The position numbers and the translations under genes were made by a program. A stretch of 64,000 bases of DNA from a virus. Each line of letters begins with the position of its first letter. Within the stretch, counting starts at the first letter, position 1. The notes beneath the pieces are model-generated. The model made no database searches and was not told the origin of the DNA. It was given only the letters and a program-made list of their open reading frames with translations. The stretch lies in IMG/VR virus record IMGVR_UViG_3300029286_000012. The stretch is one strand, 5' to 3'. Below are positions 47,529-58,251 of the stretch, piece after piece.

Positions 47529-50242
47529 GTTACGTTGACGCTATTCACAGCAGGGATGAGGATCGTATCTACGTAGTAGAACGGGATAATAACGGCAAGC
47601 GTCAATACAAAGAATATCCCACTAACTATGTATTGTATTATCCTGACCCTAAGGGTAAACATCGTAGTATCTATGGCGATCCAGTCAGTCGTTTCAGTAC
47701 TCGAAAACGACAAGAGTTTGAAAAAGAAAGACGCATTCATTCAGGTAAGAAATTATTTGAAAGTGATGTTAACGTAGTCTTTCGCTGTCTAAGTGAAAAC
47801 TATCTTAAAGTTGATGCTCCTAAACTTCATACTTGCTTCTTTGACATTGAGGTAGACTTTGATCCTGAGAAGGGTTTCAGTCCTACTAGCGATCCATTCA
47901 ATCCTGTAACTGCTATCAGTTGTTACTTAGATTGGCTAGACCAATGCATTACACTAGTGATTGCTCCTAAACATATGTCTAGTGAAACAGCCCAAGAAAT
48001 CACTAATGAATTTGAAAACACAATGCTATTCAAATCAGAGAAGGAAATGTTTGATGTTTTCTTTCAACTCATTGAAGATGCAGATGTATTGACTGGCTGG
48101 AACTCAGAGGGCTATGATATTCCCTATATGGTCAATCGTGTTACTAGAGTGATGAGTAAAGATGACACACGCAAGTTTTGCTTGATGGGTCAACTTCCTA
48201 AAGCTAGAGAATACGAACGATTCGGTAAGAGTGAAACAACTTATGACTTAGTAGGTCGTATTCACTTGGACTATTTACAGTTGTACAAAAAGTATAACTA
48301 TGAATCTCGTCACAGTTATAAACTTGACTCTATCGGTGAGATGGAAGTCGGTGAAAACAAAACACAATATGAAGGTACGCTTGACCAACTGTATAACAAA
48401 GACTTTAAAAAGTTCATTGAATACAATAGACAAGATACAATGTTGTTAGTGAAGATTCACAACAAACTTAAGTTTTTAGAATTAGCTAATCAACTTGCAC
48501 ACGAAAACACAGTACTGCTTCCAACAGTAATGGGTTCAGTAGCAATGATTGAGATGGCTATTTTTAATGAGGCTCACGAACGTGGGTTAGTTGTTCCAGA
48601 TAAAAAACGAAAGGTTGAAAATGAAGAAGAAATCCAGCAAGCGGCAGGTGCCTTTGTTGCTACGCCGAAAAGAGGAATGCACGAATATGTCGGGGCAGTT
48701 GACATTAACTCGCTCTATCCCTCGGTTATTCGTGCCCTCAACATGGGTGGAGAGACCATCGTTGCTCAAATCAGACAGACAATCACAGACCAGTATATGA
48801 AAGACAAGGGCCTTCGACTAGCAAGTGAGAAGAAACGCTATAAAGAAGGTGACGATGATGTGACTGGTGCCATACTATGGGAGAATCTGTTCGGTGCATT
48901 AGAGTATACTGCGATTATGAACCAAGAACGTGGTACTATGCTTACAGTTGACTTTGAAGATGGTCGTACTGAAGAAATGTCAGCGGCAGAAGTCTGGAAG
49001 ATGATATTTGATAGTCATAAGCCCTGGATGCTAAGTGCTAATGGTACAATCTTTACTTATGAGAAAGAAGGTGTTGTTCCTGGTCTACTAACACGTTGGT
49101 ACTCAGACCGTAAAGAAATGCAGAAGAATCTAAAAGAAGCAACTACGACTGAAGATAGAGAATACTGGGATAAGCGACAACTTGTTCGTAAGATTTTATT
49201 GAATTCAGCGTATGGTGCATTGTTGAATGAACATTGTAGGTTCTATGATAAACGTATAGGTCAAAGTGTTACACTAAGCGGTCGTCAAATTGTTCGTCAT
49301 ATGATGAGTACCATCAACGAATCAGTTGAGGGCACGTATTCACACGAAGGCAATGCAATTGTATATGGTGATACTGATAGTTGTTACTTCACTGCTTATC
49401 CCACACTGAAGCCACAGATTGATAAAGGTGAGTTAGTATGGGACAAAGAACTCTGTATCGGATTGTATGATAGTATTGCAGACCAAGCTAATGAAAGTTT
49501 CCCATCATTTATGGAGAAGGCATTTCACGCACCTCGTAAGAATGGTGAAATCATTAAAGCTGGTCGTGAACTAATTGGTGATCGTGCTATCTTTATTGTT
49601 AAGAAACGTTATGCTATTAACATCTTTGACAAAGAAGGTAAGCGTAAAGATAAAGATGGTAAGCTTGGTGATATCAAAGCTATGGGTCTTGACTTGAAAC
49701 GTGCTGATACTCCTAAATACATACAAGAATTTTTAATGAATGTATTGCAAATGATTCTGCAAGAAGGTAAAGGTCGTGATGAGGTCATTGAAGCTATCAA
49801 AGACTTTAAACGAGTATTAACTGCACAAGACAGTTGGACTAAAGGTTCTCCTAAAGGTGTTAACAAACTTACAATGTACGGTGATTTAGAAGCTAAGAGC
49901 AGTACTGGTCGTGCAAATATGCCCGGTCACGTAAGAGCGGCATTAAACTACAACTACTTGCGTAGAGTAAACAGCGACAACTATAGTCAGAAGATTATTG
50001 ATGGTATGAAGGTAGTGGTATGCAAACTTAAACCTAATCCATTAGGCTTTACCAGTATCGCATATCCTGTTGACGAATTACGATTACCAAAATGGTTCAC
50101 AGAGTTACCATTCGATGACCAAGCAATGGAACAAACATTGGTTGATGAAAAGATTGATAACTTGTTGGGAGTACTTGGTTGGGATATTCGTAGTAGTACA
50201 GATACGAATAGTACATTTGATGATTTATTCAGCTTCGGGTAA
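47525..50242 (+). CDS. polB: Family B DNA polymerase (gp43-like)
   Basis: Exonuclease motifs DIE, GWN...YD.PY, YN..D; polymerase motifs DINSLYPS, K..LNSAYG, YGDTDS, KKRYA. Confidence 0.96.
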   Translation: MSYVDAIHSRDEDRIYVVERDNNGKRQYKEYPTNYVLYYPDPKGKHRSIYGDPVSRFSTRKRQEFEKERRIHSGKKLFESDVNVVFRCLSENYLKVDAPKLHTCFFDIEVDFDPEKGFSPTSDPFNPVTAISCYLDWLDQCITLVIAPKHMSSETAQEITNEFENTMLFKSEKEMFDVFFQLIEDADVLTGWNSEGYDIPYMVNRVTRVMSKDDTRKFCLMGQLPKAREYERFGKSETTYDLVGRIHLDYLQLYKKYNYESRHSYKLDSIGEMEVGENKTQYEGTLDQLYNKDFKKFIEYNRQDTMLLVKIHNKLKFLELANQLAHENTVLLPTVMGSVAMIEMAIFNEAHERGLVVPDKKRKVENEEEIQQAAGAFVATPKRGMHEYVGAVDINSLYPSVIRALNMGGETIVAQIRQTITDQYMKDKGLRLASEKKRYKEGDDDVTGAILWENLFGALEYTAIMNQERGTMLTVDFEDGRTEEMSAAEVWKMIFDSHKPWMLSANGTIFTYEKEGVVPGLLTRWYSDRKEMQKNLKEATTTEDREYWDKRQLVRKILLNSAYGALLNEHCRFYDKRIGQSVTLSGRQIVRHMMSTINESVEGTYSHEGNAIVYGDTDSCYFTAYPTLKPQIDKGELVWDKELCIGLYDSIADQANESFPSFMEKAFHAPRKNGEIIKAGRELIGDRAIFIVKKRYAINIFDKEGKRKDKDGKLGDIKAMGLDLKRADTPKYIQEFLMNVLQMILQEGKGRDEVIEAIKDFKRVLTAQDSWTKGSPKGVNKLTMYGDLEAKSSTGRANMPGHVRAALNYNYLRRVNSDNYSQKIIDGMKVVVCKLKPNPLGFTSIAYPVDELRLPKWFTELPFDDQAMEQTLVDEKIDNLLGVLGWDIRSSTDTNSTFDDLFSFG

Positions 50243-50249
50243 ATTGCTA

Positions 50250-50278
50250 TTGCATTACGCAATAAAATATAATATAAT
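50250..50278 (+). promoter_or_regulatory. sigma70-type promoter for the clamp/dpdA operon
   Basis: TTGCAT-N17-TATAAT. Confidence 0.7.
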
Positions 50279-50319
50279 ATACAACATAAACTGCCTAAAT
50301 AGGTATACAAAGGAAAAAC

Positions 50320-51051
50320 ATGAAAGATTATTTACAAGATTTAATTACACACACAAACGGTCTAGGTGATGTAGACTTAATTAAAGTTTCAGGTACTGAT
50401 ACCGAGACAACTATCAACGCAATTTCAGAAAAGAAAACTGTTATTGTATCAGGAGTATTGAATAGCCCAATAGCTGATTTCATCGGTGTGTTCGGTATGC
50501 CTAACTTAACTAAACTCAAAACTATTCTAGGTTTTGATGACTACGATGAACACGCTAAAATTTCTGTATTACGCACTAATCGTGATGGTGTTGATGTACC
50601 TAGTACTATTCACTTTGAAACAAAAGACGGTTCATTTGTTAATGACTATCGCTTGATGACTAAATCAATCGTTGAAGAAAAAGTTAAAAGTGTTACATTC
50701 AAGGGTACTACTTGGAATGTTGAGTTTGAGCCTACTATCGCAGGCATTCAACGACTAAAGAAACAAGCAAGTGCTAATAGTGAAGAAGAACATTTTACAT
50801 TCACAACAGTTAATGGTGACTTGAAGGTTAACTTTGGTGATCCATCAACTCACAGTGGTAACTTTGTATTTCAACCGGGTGTTACTGGTTCATTAAACAA
50901 AGCTTGGAATTGGCCAGTTAAAGTGTTCTTAGCTATTATGGACTTGCCGGGTGACAAGAAAGTTCGTATTGCTGATGCAGGTGCTACTGAGATTACAGTA
51001 GATTCAGGTCTGGCTACATATACATATCTATTGCCAGCTAACGCAAAATAA
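50320..51051 (+). CDS. Probable sliding clamp (gp45-like)
   Basis: 243 aa with a clamp-like alpha/beta pattern, directly after polB; a clamp loader is present in the window. Confidence 0.55.
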   Translation: MKDYLQDLITHTNGLGDVDLIKVSGTDTETTINAISEKKTVIVSGVLNSPIADFIGVFGMPNLTKLKTILGFDDYDEHAKISVLRTNRDGVDVPSTIHFETKDGSFVNDYRLMTKSIVEEKVKSVTFKGTTWNVEFEPTIAGIQRLKKQASANSEEEHFTFTTVNGDLKVNFGDPSTHSGNFVFQPGVTGSLNKAWNWPVKVFLAIMDLPGDKKVRIADAGATEITVDSGLATYTYLLPANAK

Positions 51052-52601
51052 TGGAACAAGACAATCTATCACAAAAACAAAACCCTGATTGGGCATTGTT
51101 CTTACCTGCAGTCAGTAGTTTTTATATTGCTGGCTTGGGTAAACAACGTAAAGGTGAACAGTACTTTGATCCTGCACGTATCCCTGCACAATTTAATGGT
51201 GATGTAGAAAAACTAAACTTCTTAAATAGTAGTGAAGGTCTCTATTATTACAAATGGGGCTTGTACAGTGCTGGTCACGCAAACTTAGATACTACTAAAA
51301 ACGATCCTAGTGAAAGTATCATTAGAGAACGTGAATCTGGCACGTTTATGTTAGGTGACAGTGGTGGATTTCAGATTCTTAAAGGTCAATGGCCTGCTGA
51401 TTGGAAAGATCCTAACTGCCCTAAAGCTATGATAAAGCGTAAAGCGGTGTTGAACTGGATGGATACATATATGGACTATGGTATGGTCCTTGATATTCCT
51501 TCACAATCATTAACTACCTTTCATATGAAAGATAAGAATGGTGTCAGTCTTCACGGTATCAGTACTATTGAAGAAGCTATTAGTGCTACCCATATCAATA
51601 ACGAATACTTCATTAAGAATCGTAATGGTAAATGTAAGTTTTTAAATGTATTACAAGGTCGTACACATAAACAAAGTGACGATTGGTATGCTGAAATGAA
51701 AAAGTATTGTGATCCAAATCAGTATCCAGACAATCATTTTAATGGTTGGGCATTCGGTGGTCAGAATAAGATTGATGTTCATTTGATGCTAACACGAATG
51801 GTTGATATTATCTATGATGGTTTACTGGTAGAAGGTAAACACGATTTGATTCACTGTTTGGGTACAAGTATCTTAGAGTATGCTGTATTGTTTACTGATA
51901 TTCAGAAAGCTATTCGCAAGTATCATAACCCTAAACTACAAATTACATTTGACTGTGCAAGCCCATTCTTTAGTGCGGCTAAAGGTTTAGCATATTTTAA
52001 TACAAGTATTGAGCATAATAAAAAATGGTCATACAGTATGGAAAAGACTGCTGAAAAGAAAAGTTATGCTAATGATAATCGTAAATATCGTGATGCTGTA
52101 CTAGCTGAAGGCATCCATAAAGTCTTTACAGACAGTCCAGTAACTGATAAACTGTTACTTAAGGACTTGTGCTATAGAGGTCAAGGATTCATTGGTCAAC
52201 ATGGTAAAGAAACTAAAACAAGCTGGGATACGTTGAGTTATACATTGATTCAAAGTCATAATGTATGGATGCATATGAACGCTGTGCAGGAAGCTAATCG
52301 TCAATATGAAAGGGGCGTTGTACCTAAGATGTTGATGAATGAACAATTTGAACGTGTTTTGTTTAAAGATGTGATTGATGAAATTTTCAGTAAGAAAACA
52401 AAACAGGAATCTATTGATTTAATTAATCAAAACAGTAGATTGTGGATGCAATTTCAATCAGGTAGTCAAGGTATTAGTGGTAAGAAAACTATGAATGCAC
52501 TAACAATGTTTGATGAATTGTTTGATGTACAAGACGAACCAGAGTTCGAAGAAGTCATTGAAGATAGCGATGATGAAATTTCTAAAATATTAGGAGAATA
52601 A
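51051..52601 (+). CDS. dpdA: TGT-family transglycosylase, probably DpdA (inserts 7-deazaguanine into DNA)
   Basis: TGT motifs 'GDSGGFQ', 'MVLDIP', 'NVLQG', 'GWAFGG', 'IHCLG', 'FDCAS'; clustered with folE/queD/queE. Confidence 0.78.
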   Translation: MEQDNLSQKQNPDWALFLPAVSSFYIAGLGKQRKGEQYFDPARIPAQFNGDVEKLNFLNSSEGLYYYKWGLYSAGHANLDTTKNDPSESIIRERESGTFMLGDSGGFQILKGQWPADWKDPNCPKAMIKRKAVLNWMDTYMDYGMVLDIPSQSLTTFHMKDKNGVSLHGISTIEEAISATHINNEYFIKNRNGKCKFLNVLQGRTHKQSDDWYAEMKKYCDPNQYPDNHFNGWAFGGQNKIDVHLMLTRMVDIIYDGLLVEGKHDLIHCLGTSILEYAVLFTDIQKAIRKYHNPKLQITFDCASPFFSAAKGLAYFNTSIEHNKKWSYSMEKTAEKKSYANDNRKYRDAVLAEGIHKVFTDSPVTDKLLLKDLCYRGQGFIGQHGKETKTSWDTLSYTLIQSHNVWMHMNAVQEANRQYERGVVPKMLMNEQFERVLFKDVIDEIFSKKTKQESIDLINQNSRLWMQFQSGSQGISGKKTMNALTMFDELFDVQDEPEFEEVIEDSDDEISKILGE

Positions 52602-52602
52602 T

Positions 52603-52815
52603 ATGCCATATAAAAATCGTATTAAAACACTAGAAGAATCAATTAGATTATTAGACAATCAAATTTTTCAATTAGAAAAAAACGGATCAACAGATATTAA
52701 AAAAATATCCGAGTTAAAAGAAACTAAGGATAAATATTTTACTGATTTGCGATTAATGAATAGAGTGCAATGGGATCATGACCATAACACGGTAGACTTA
52801 GGAGATGATAGATGA
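52603..52815 (+). CDS. Hypothetical coiled-coil protein
   Basis: Coupled ORF. Confidence 0.55.
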   Translation: MPYKNRIKTLEESIRLLDNQIFQLEKNGSTDIKKISELKETKDKYFTDLRLMNRVQWDHDHNTVDLGDDR

Positions 52816-53267
52816 ACGAACAACATATACAAGCACTAGCTGAAAAACGTCAGCGAATTAAAGACAAAGCAGTACGTACAATTTTTGTGCGTTTTCAAAA
52901 AGAAGGTATTCATAAATACCCAGCGGCAGCAACAGACCCTAACTTGGCAACAGGTGATGAGTATGATGTTAGCTTTCTAGCAACTCCGCATAGACACATC
53001 TTTCACTTTGAAGTGTCTATTGAAGTATTTCACAACGACCGTGATATTGAGTTTATTCAATTCAAAAGATGGTTAGAGAATCAATATTCTCAAGGCATTC
53101 TTCAATTGGATTACAAAAGTTGTGAAATGATTAGTGATGACCTCTATGATGTTATCGCAACTCGATATCCAGATCGTAATATCGTTATTCAAGTATCGGA
53201 AGATAATGAAAACGGTGCTACGATTGTTTACAATACTTATAAACCCTCTCTTTCAATCGCTATTTAA
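52812..53267 (+). CDS. QueD-like T-fold paralogue
   Basis: 'EGIH', 'PHRHIFHFEV', 'DRDIEF..FK', 'SCEMI', 'VSEDNENGA' follow the PTPS/QueD layout. Confidence 0.6.
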   Translation: MNEQHIQALAEKRQRIKDKAVRTIFVRFQKEGIHKYPAAATDPNLATGDEYDVSFLATPHRHIFHFEVSIEVFHNDRDIEFIQFKRWLENQYSQGILQLDYKSCEMISDDLYDVIATRYPDRNIVIQVSEDNENGATIVYNTYKPSLSIAI

Positions 53268-53280
53268 AGGAATTATTAAA

Positions 53281-53484
53281 ATGGCAAAACAACAACAATC
53301 TAATCCACGTGTTCAACAACTGTTTGAGGACCTAGAAGGCTATCTAGCTTTCTGTCAGGACTATGGATACAAATACGATGAGGCAACACTATATGATATG
53401 CGTGTTTTTGCATATCGTCAATATAGCAAAGCCTGTACAGGTAAATGGGCTAAGGATCAGTGGGCAGAGGATATGCGCCCATGA
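53281..53484 (+). CDS. Hypothetical protein
   Basis: Start at MAKQQQS with an AAGGA SD. Confidence 0.55.
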   Translation: MAKQQQSNPRVQQLFEDLEGYLAFCQDYGYKYDEATLYDMRVFAYRQYSKACTGKWAKDQWAEDMRP

Positions 53485-54242
53485 AAGTAGTATTAATTAC
53501 AGGTGGATTTGATCCACTACACAGCGGACATATCGCATACATTAATGCGGCTAAAAAATTAGGAGATATGTTAGTCATCGGACTTAATAGCGATGCTTGG
53601 TTATCTCGCAAAAAAGGTAGACCATTCTTGCCATTAGGTGAGCGAGTAGCAGTAACTTCAGCATTAGACACACCTAATGCATTATTGTTATTTGATGATA
53701 GTGATGACACTGCCAAAGATGCTATTAGACAAATCAGAGAAAACTATCCGGAAGCAACTATTGTGTTTGCTAATGGTGGTGATAGAACCAGTGACAACAT
53801 TCCAGAAATGGATATCGATGATAATAACATTGAATTCGTTTTTGGTGTAGGCGGAGAAGACAAGGTAAATTCTAGTAGTTGGATTCTCGACACTTGGAAA
53901 GCACCCAAAACAGAACGTGAGTGGGGATACTATCGTGTATTGCATGAGGTAGATGGTACTAAAGTAAAAGAACTTACAGTAGAACCAAAACAATCTCTTA
54001 GTATGCAAAAACATGCCAAACGTAGTGAACACTGGATCGTTACTGAAGGTAAGTGTAAGATACGTAGATATGCCGAAACGGGTGAATTGACCGAGACAAT
54101 TCTAACTAAACATGATACAATTACTATTAAACCTGATGAGTGGCATCAGTTAACTAACACATTTAGTAAACCTTGTAAAATCGTTGAGATTCAATATGGT
54201 AAGAAATGTGTAGAAGAAGATATCAAACGACAAAATGCATAA
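53481..54242 (+). CDS. Cytidylyltransferase-like domain fused to a mannose-6-phosphate-isomerase-type cupin
   Basis: 'TGGFDPLHSGH', 'GLNSD', 'ANGGDR', 'K.NSSSWIL'; cupin 'R.WG.Y...LSMQKH..RSEHW.V'. Confidence 0.85.
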   Translation: MKVVLITGGFDPLHSGHIAYINAAKKLGDMLVIGLNSDAWLSRKKGRPFLPLGERVAVTSALDTPNALLLFDDSDDTAKDAIRQIRENYPEATIVFANGGDRTSDNIPEMDIDDNNIEFVFGVGGEDKVNSSSWILDTWKAPKTEREWGYYRVLHEVDGTKVKELTVEPKQSLSMQKHAKRSEHWIVTEGKCKIRRYAETGELTETILTKHDTITIKPDEWHQLTNTFSKPCKIVEIQYGKKCVEEDIKRQNA

Positions 54243-55434
54243 ACTATTTTACATGGGCCTAGAGCCTTACAAAGCACGATACACATTACAGTTGCAAGAC
54301 TGGAATGAAAGTGTATTTAAACGTAGGGGCATTAACTATGTTATTGTCCCGGGCGAAACATTAAGTAATGACCAAGCTATCGTTACGGGACAAGTGTTGG
54401 ATGCACATGGTCGCACATACTTTGGTATGAGTCAACTTATGAATCTTGTTAAGATGATGAAGCAAGGCGATGTAGGCGCAGGTGATATAGTTTATTTTGA
54501 AGATATGTTTCAGCCCGGAATTGAGTCATTGCCTTACATTATGAAACAGATTCCGATCACAAGTCGTCCTAAGATTTTTGTTCGCTGTCTAGCACAAAGT
54601 ATTGATCCTGATGATTTCGTACACGTATGGGGTATGAGTGAATTCATGGGTCACTATGAGAAGATGGTTGATTCATTCGCTGATGGTGTACTTGCTAGTA
54701 ATGAAGAAATGGTAATGCATATGAAGATTGCGGGTTGGCGTGCTCCGATCTACAATATCTCAGGCTTAGCATTTGGTAAAGAAGAAGTACGAGGTCGTAT
54801 CAATAATAACATCAAGCCTTTTGATGAACGAAAGATGCGTATTGCATTCTCAGCACGTTGGGATCAAGAAAAACAACCTGATTTCTATATGGATGTGATT
54901 GAAGAATTCTTTAACCGTTATGGTATGAAGGATCGTCATGGTGTATATCGTAGTGTAGAGTTCTGTGTGTTTAGTGGTAGTAAATTGAAAAGCAATAACG
55001 ATAGTTATATGAAGCGTACACAAGATATGCAAAATCGTGGTTTGTTAAAAGTACACGAAGACCTAGATAAAAACGCATACTATGAGTTATTAAATGATAC
55101 TAGAGTATTGTTTAACTGTGCTTTACAAGACTGGGTAAGTAATACAGTTAGTGAAGCAGATGCATTGGGTTGTAATGTATTGTATCCGGCATATCGCAGT
55201 TTCCCAGAAACATTTGCGAATGATTATACAAGACTATATACACCCTGGAGTGTTGAAGATGCAACAATTAAATTGTATAATATGTTACATCAGCCGCATG
55301 TAAATCAAGGTAAAATCAGTGATTGGACTGATGGTACTATTGATAGAATCTGTGATATTCTAGAGGGTAATGGACAACAATGGTTGCGTATGGACACAGA
55401 CTATCGCAAACATACCAGAGAGAGTAAATACTAA
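54235..55434 (+). CDS. GT-B fold glycosyltransferase
   Basis: 'FSARWDQEKQP' and 'FNCALQDWVSNTVSEA..LGC..LYP' GT-B C-terminal motifs. Confidence 0.7.
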   Translation: MHKLFYMGLEPYKARYTLQLQDWNESVFKRRGINYVIVPGETLSNDQAIVTGQVLDAHGRTYFGMSQLMNLVKMMKQGDVGAGDIVYFEDMFQPGIESLPYIMKQIPITSRPKIFVRCLAQSIDPDDFVHVWGMSEFMGHYEKMVDSFADGVLASNEEMVMHMKIAGWRAPIYNISGLAFGKEEVRGRINNNIKPFDERKMRIAFSARWDQEKQPDFYMDVIEEFFNRYGMKDRHGVYRSVEFCVFSGSKLKSNNDSYMKRTQDMQNRGLLKVHEDLDKNAYYELLNDTRVLFNCALQDWVSNTVSEADALGCNVLYPAYRSFPETFANDYTRLYTPWSVEDATIKLYNMLHQPHVNQGKISDWTDGTIDRICDILEGNGQQWLRMDTDYRKHTRESKY

Positions 55435-55446
55435 AAGGAGACTATT

Positions 55447-56136
55447 ATGTTTGAAACAACTTATGAAAATGAAATGTCGTATCGTTCGGCAAGCGAGGTA
55501 AACTCAGCAATGGGTCGAGTTTACGGACATATGAGTATTGCTGTTATTGTATCAATGATTGTTAGTTACTTTGTAGGCACAAGCCCAGAGTTGCTGGCAT
55601 TCTTTTTTACAGGCGTAATGAAATGGATTGTAATCTTTTCACCATTAGTAGCAATTTTTGGTATTGCTATGATCCTAGGAAATAATCCTAGTAAAGGTAC
55701 TGCACAGTTATGCTTGCATGGCTTTGCGGCATTGATGGGATTAAGCTTTGCTACAATCTTTGCTGTATTCACTATGGGTAGTATTGTGTCAGCATTTATG
55801 GGTGCGGCAATACTGTTTGGTGTTATGAGTGGATATGGTTACTTTACTAAACAAAGTTTAGATAGTGTTGGAAAGTTTATGTTTGTAGGATTGATTGCTA
55901 TTATCATTGCTAGTATTGTTAATATCTTTATTGGAAGTACCGTGATGCAAATGGTAATATCAGCATTAGCTATTATCATCTTTCTTGGCTTAACTGCCTA
56001 TGACACACAAAAGATCCGTGAAGAACTAAGTGTACAAGCCAGTGATGTTGCAGAAGTACGTGGGGCATTGACGCTGTATATGGACTTTATTAACTTGTTT
56101 ATTAATCTATTACAAATTTTTGGTGATAGGAAATAA
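55447..56136 (+). CDS. Bax inhibitor-1/YccA family membrane protein
   Basis: About seven TM segments, 'TAYDTQKI', 'GALTLYMDFINLF..LL'. Confidence 0.9.
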   Translation: MFETTYENEMSYRSASEVNSAMGRVYGHMSIAVIVSMIVSYFVGTSPELLAFFFTGVMKWIVIFSPLVAIFGIAMILGNNPSKGTAQLCLHGFAALMGLSFATIFAVFTMGSIVSAFMGAAILFGVMSGYGYFTKQSLDSVGKFMFVGLIAIIIASIVNIFIGSTVMQMVISALAIIIFLGLTAYDTQKIREELSVQASDVAEVRGALTLYMDFINLFINLLQIFGDRK

Positions 56137-56138
56137 TC

Positions 56139-56333
56139 ATGGCAACTCGCAAGAAAAAAGAAATTACAGAACCAACAGTAGTTAAAGGTAATCATTTGAC
56201 CGTAACTACTTTTCCTGACGGCAAAACTATGTTAGAATGGGATGATGACGCATTATTAAAAGAAGTGCGAGAAGCACTCAACTCGGTAGAAGTACCAAAA
56301 GCAAAACGCAAATTAATAAAGGAAAAACAATGA
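56139..56333 (+). CDS. Hypothetical protein
   Basis: ORF with SD. Confidence 0.55.
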   Translation: MATRKKKEITEPTVVKGNHLTVTTFPDGKTMLEWDDDALLKEVREALNSVEVPKAKRKLIKEKQ

Positions 56334-56527
56334 GCGCACAAAATGATATCGAAACAAGTTTAGAAGCATACAATAGTGAGAACGACAAATTTAACAAAGG
56401 CAATGCAGCCGCTGGTACACGTGCCCGTAAGGCACTAGCCGAGTTAGCTAAAGCAGTTAAGGCACGCCGTAATGAAATTACAGCAGAGAAAGCCGCACGT
56501 GCTGAAGAAAAAGCTAAAGCTAAGTAA
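56330..56527 (+). CDS. Histone H1-like (Hc1-type) small basic protein
   Basis: 'KF.KGNAAAGTRARKAL.EL.K..K.RR.EI'. Confidence 0.75.
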   Translation: MSAQNDIETSLEAYNSENDKFNKGNAAAGTRARKALAELAKAVKARRNEITAEKAARAEEKAKAK

Positions 56528-56604
56528 TCGTGATAAATACAATGTAAGCTACACAACGGTAGCTTACACTTCAAAACAAAAACCATCACAAAGGAAGGTT
56601 ATCT

Positions 56605-57291
56605 ATGAGTTATAATAAAACAAAAACTGATCCAGAGTTGGGTCAAAAAGTTCATCTACATCTATTAAATATGGGAGTAGAAACACCAATTGACGACACA
56701 ATTGATTTAGGTGATCGTAAGGATCGCATTGAAAAGATTGAAGGTCATTTCAAGGCTATTATGGAAACAATGGGTTTAGACCTAGATGATGATAGTCTCA
56801 TCGAAACACCCAAACGTGTTGCTAAGATGTATGTGAATGAAATCTTTTGGGGACTTGATTATGAAGCATTCCCTAAATGTACAACAGTTGACAACAAGAT
56901 GCAATATAACGAAATGGTTGTAGAGCGTAATGTTAATGTTCAATCTAACTGCGAACATCATTTTGTAGTCATCGATGGATTGGCTACTGTAGCTTATGTC
57001 CCTAAACAAAAAGTATTAGGGCTTAGTAAGATAAACCGTATCGTAGAATATTTTAGCAAAAGACCTCAAATCCAAGAGAGGTTAACAGAGCAAATTTTTC
57101 ACACCTTACAGTTCATCCTTGATACAGAAGATGTTGCAGTTATGATTGATGCACAGCATTATTGTGTTAAGTCACGCGGTGTAGAAGATACAGGTAGTAG
57201 TACTGTTACTTGTCGTTTAGGTGGAGGTTTCAAATCAGACCCCGCGGCACGTAGTGAGTTCTTACAAATTGCTAATAAAGGTTGCAAATAA
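56605..57291 (+). CDS. folE: GTP cyclohydrolase I
   Basis: 'ETPKRVAKM', 'SNCEHHF', 'GLSKINR', 'RPQIQERL', 'HYCVKSRG'. Confidence 0.95.
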   Translation: MSYNKTKTDPELGQKVHLHLLNMGVETPIDDTIDLGDRKDRIEKIEGHFKAIMETMGLDLDDDSLIETPKRVAKMYVNEIFWGLDYEAFPKCTTVDNKMQYNEMVVERNVNVQSNCEHHFVVIDGLATVAYVPKQKVLGLSKINRIVEYFSKRPQIQERLTEQIFHTLQFILDTEDVAVMIDAQHYCVKSRGVEDTGSSTVTCRLGGGFKSDPAARSEFLQIANKGCK

Positions 57292-57488
57292 TGTTAAAAG
57301 ATAGACGAGTTTTACTAGAGCAAGAAATTACAAAAGCCCACGAAGAGGCTGCTAATTTGTATTTAGATATTGTTACTAATGACGGTGATATGTCTAGTCC
57401 AGAATATCAATCTCTTAAAGATAAAATTACGAATTTACAGTTTGACCTTAACATTGTAAATAAATTAATCCACAAGGGACACCAATAA
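57291..57488 (+). CDS. Hypothetical protein
   Basis: Coupled ORF. Confidence 0.5.
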   Translation: MLKDRRVLLEQEITKAHEEAANLYLDIVTNDGDMSSPEYQSLKDKITNLQFDLNIVNKLIHKGHQ

Positions 57489-57724
57489 TGGGCTTTCGTA
57501 AACAAATGGATTACAACAGTGTACATCATCAAATCTATATGAGTGGTGTAGAACTTCATAGTAACTATAATGATGGTTTCAATCAATTTGAAATCAAAAA
57601 AGATTTACATAAATTAAAATGGTTATTAGATGAAATTATGTCTGATAGTCCTACGTTTGCAGGTGAAGAAGAATTTTTAAAAGAACATGACCAAACTAAA
57701 ATGTGGAGAGCACTTTCAAAATGA
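57488..57724 (+). CDS. Hypothetical protein
   Basis: Coupled ORF. Confidence 0.55.
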   Translation: MGFRKQMDYNSVHHQIYMSGVELHSNYNDGFNQFEIKKDLHKLKWLLDEIMSDSPTFAGEEEFLKEHDQTKMWRALSK

Positions 57725-58194
57725 TTTTCAACCACATTAAAAAACTTAAACAAGAAGGTAAAAAGATTGGTATTACTTTTAGCACATTTGACTTACTACA
57801 CGCAGGCCACGTTGCTATGTTAAGTGAGGCAAAGAATCATTGTGATTACTTGATTTGTGGATTACAAACTGATCCAACTATCGATAGACCTGATACTAAG
57901 AATAAACCCATTCAAAGTATTGTAGAACGACAAATTCAGTTAGCGGCTTGTCGCTATGTTGATGAAGTAGTGGTTTATCAAACTGAACAGGACTTAATTG
58001 ACTTGTTATTAATACTACCAGTAGATGTTCGCATACTAGGTGTAGAATATGCAGAAAAAGAATTTACCGGAAGATATGAAGGTGGAGAACGTGGCATTGA
58101 ACTTGTGTTTAATGGACGTGACCATAGTTTCAGTAGTTCAAGTTTAAGAAAAAGGGTAGCTGATGCCCAGATTATTAACACTCTTAATAAATAA
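57721..58194 (+). CDS. TagD-like cytidylyltransferase
   Basis: 'STFDLLHAGH', 'GLQTDP', 'ER..QL.ACRYVDEV', 'R.HSFSSSSLR'. Confidence 0.85.
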   Translation: MIFNHIKKLKQEGKKIGITFSTFDLLHAGHVAMLSEAKNHCDYLICGLQTDPTIDRPDTKNKPIQSIVERQIQLAACRYVDEVVVYQTEQDLIDLLLILPVDVRILGVEYAEKEFTGRYEGGERGIELVFNGRDHSFSSSSLRKRVADAQIINTLNK

Positions 58195-58222
58195 CTATAG
58201 CGGTCTTTGGACATCATCCCGC

Positions 58223-58251
58223 TTTACAAATTCTGCTGCCTATGCTATAAT
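58223..58251 (+). promoter_or_regulatory. sigma70-type promoter for queD, embedded in a hairpin
   Basis: TTTACA-N17-TATAAT (TGCTATAAT). Confidence 0.7.
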
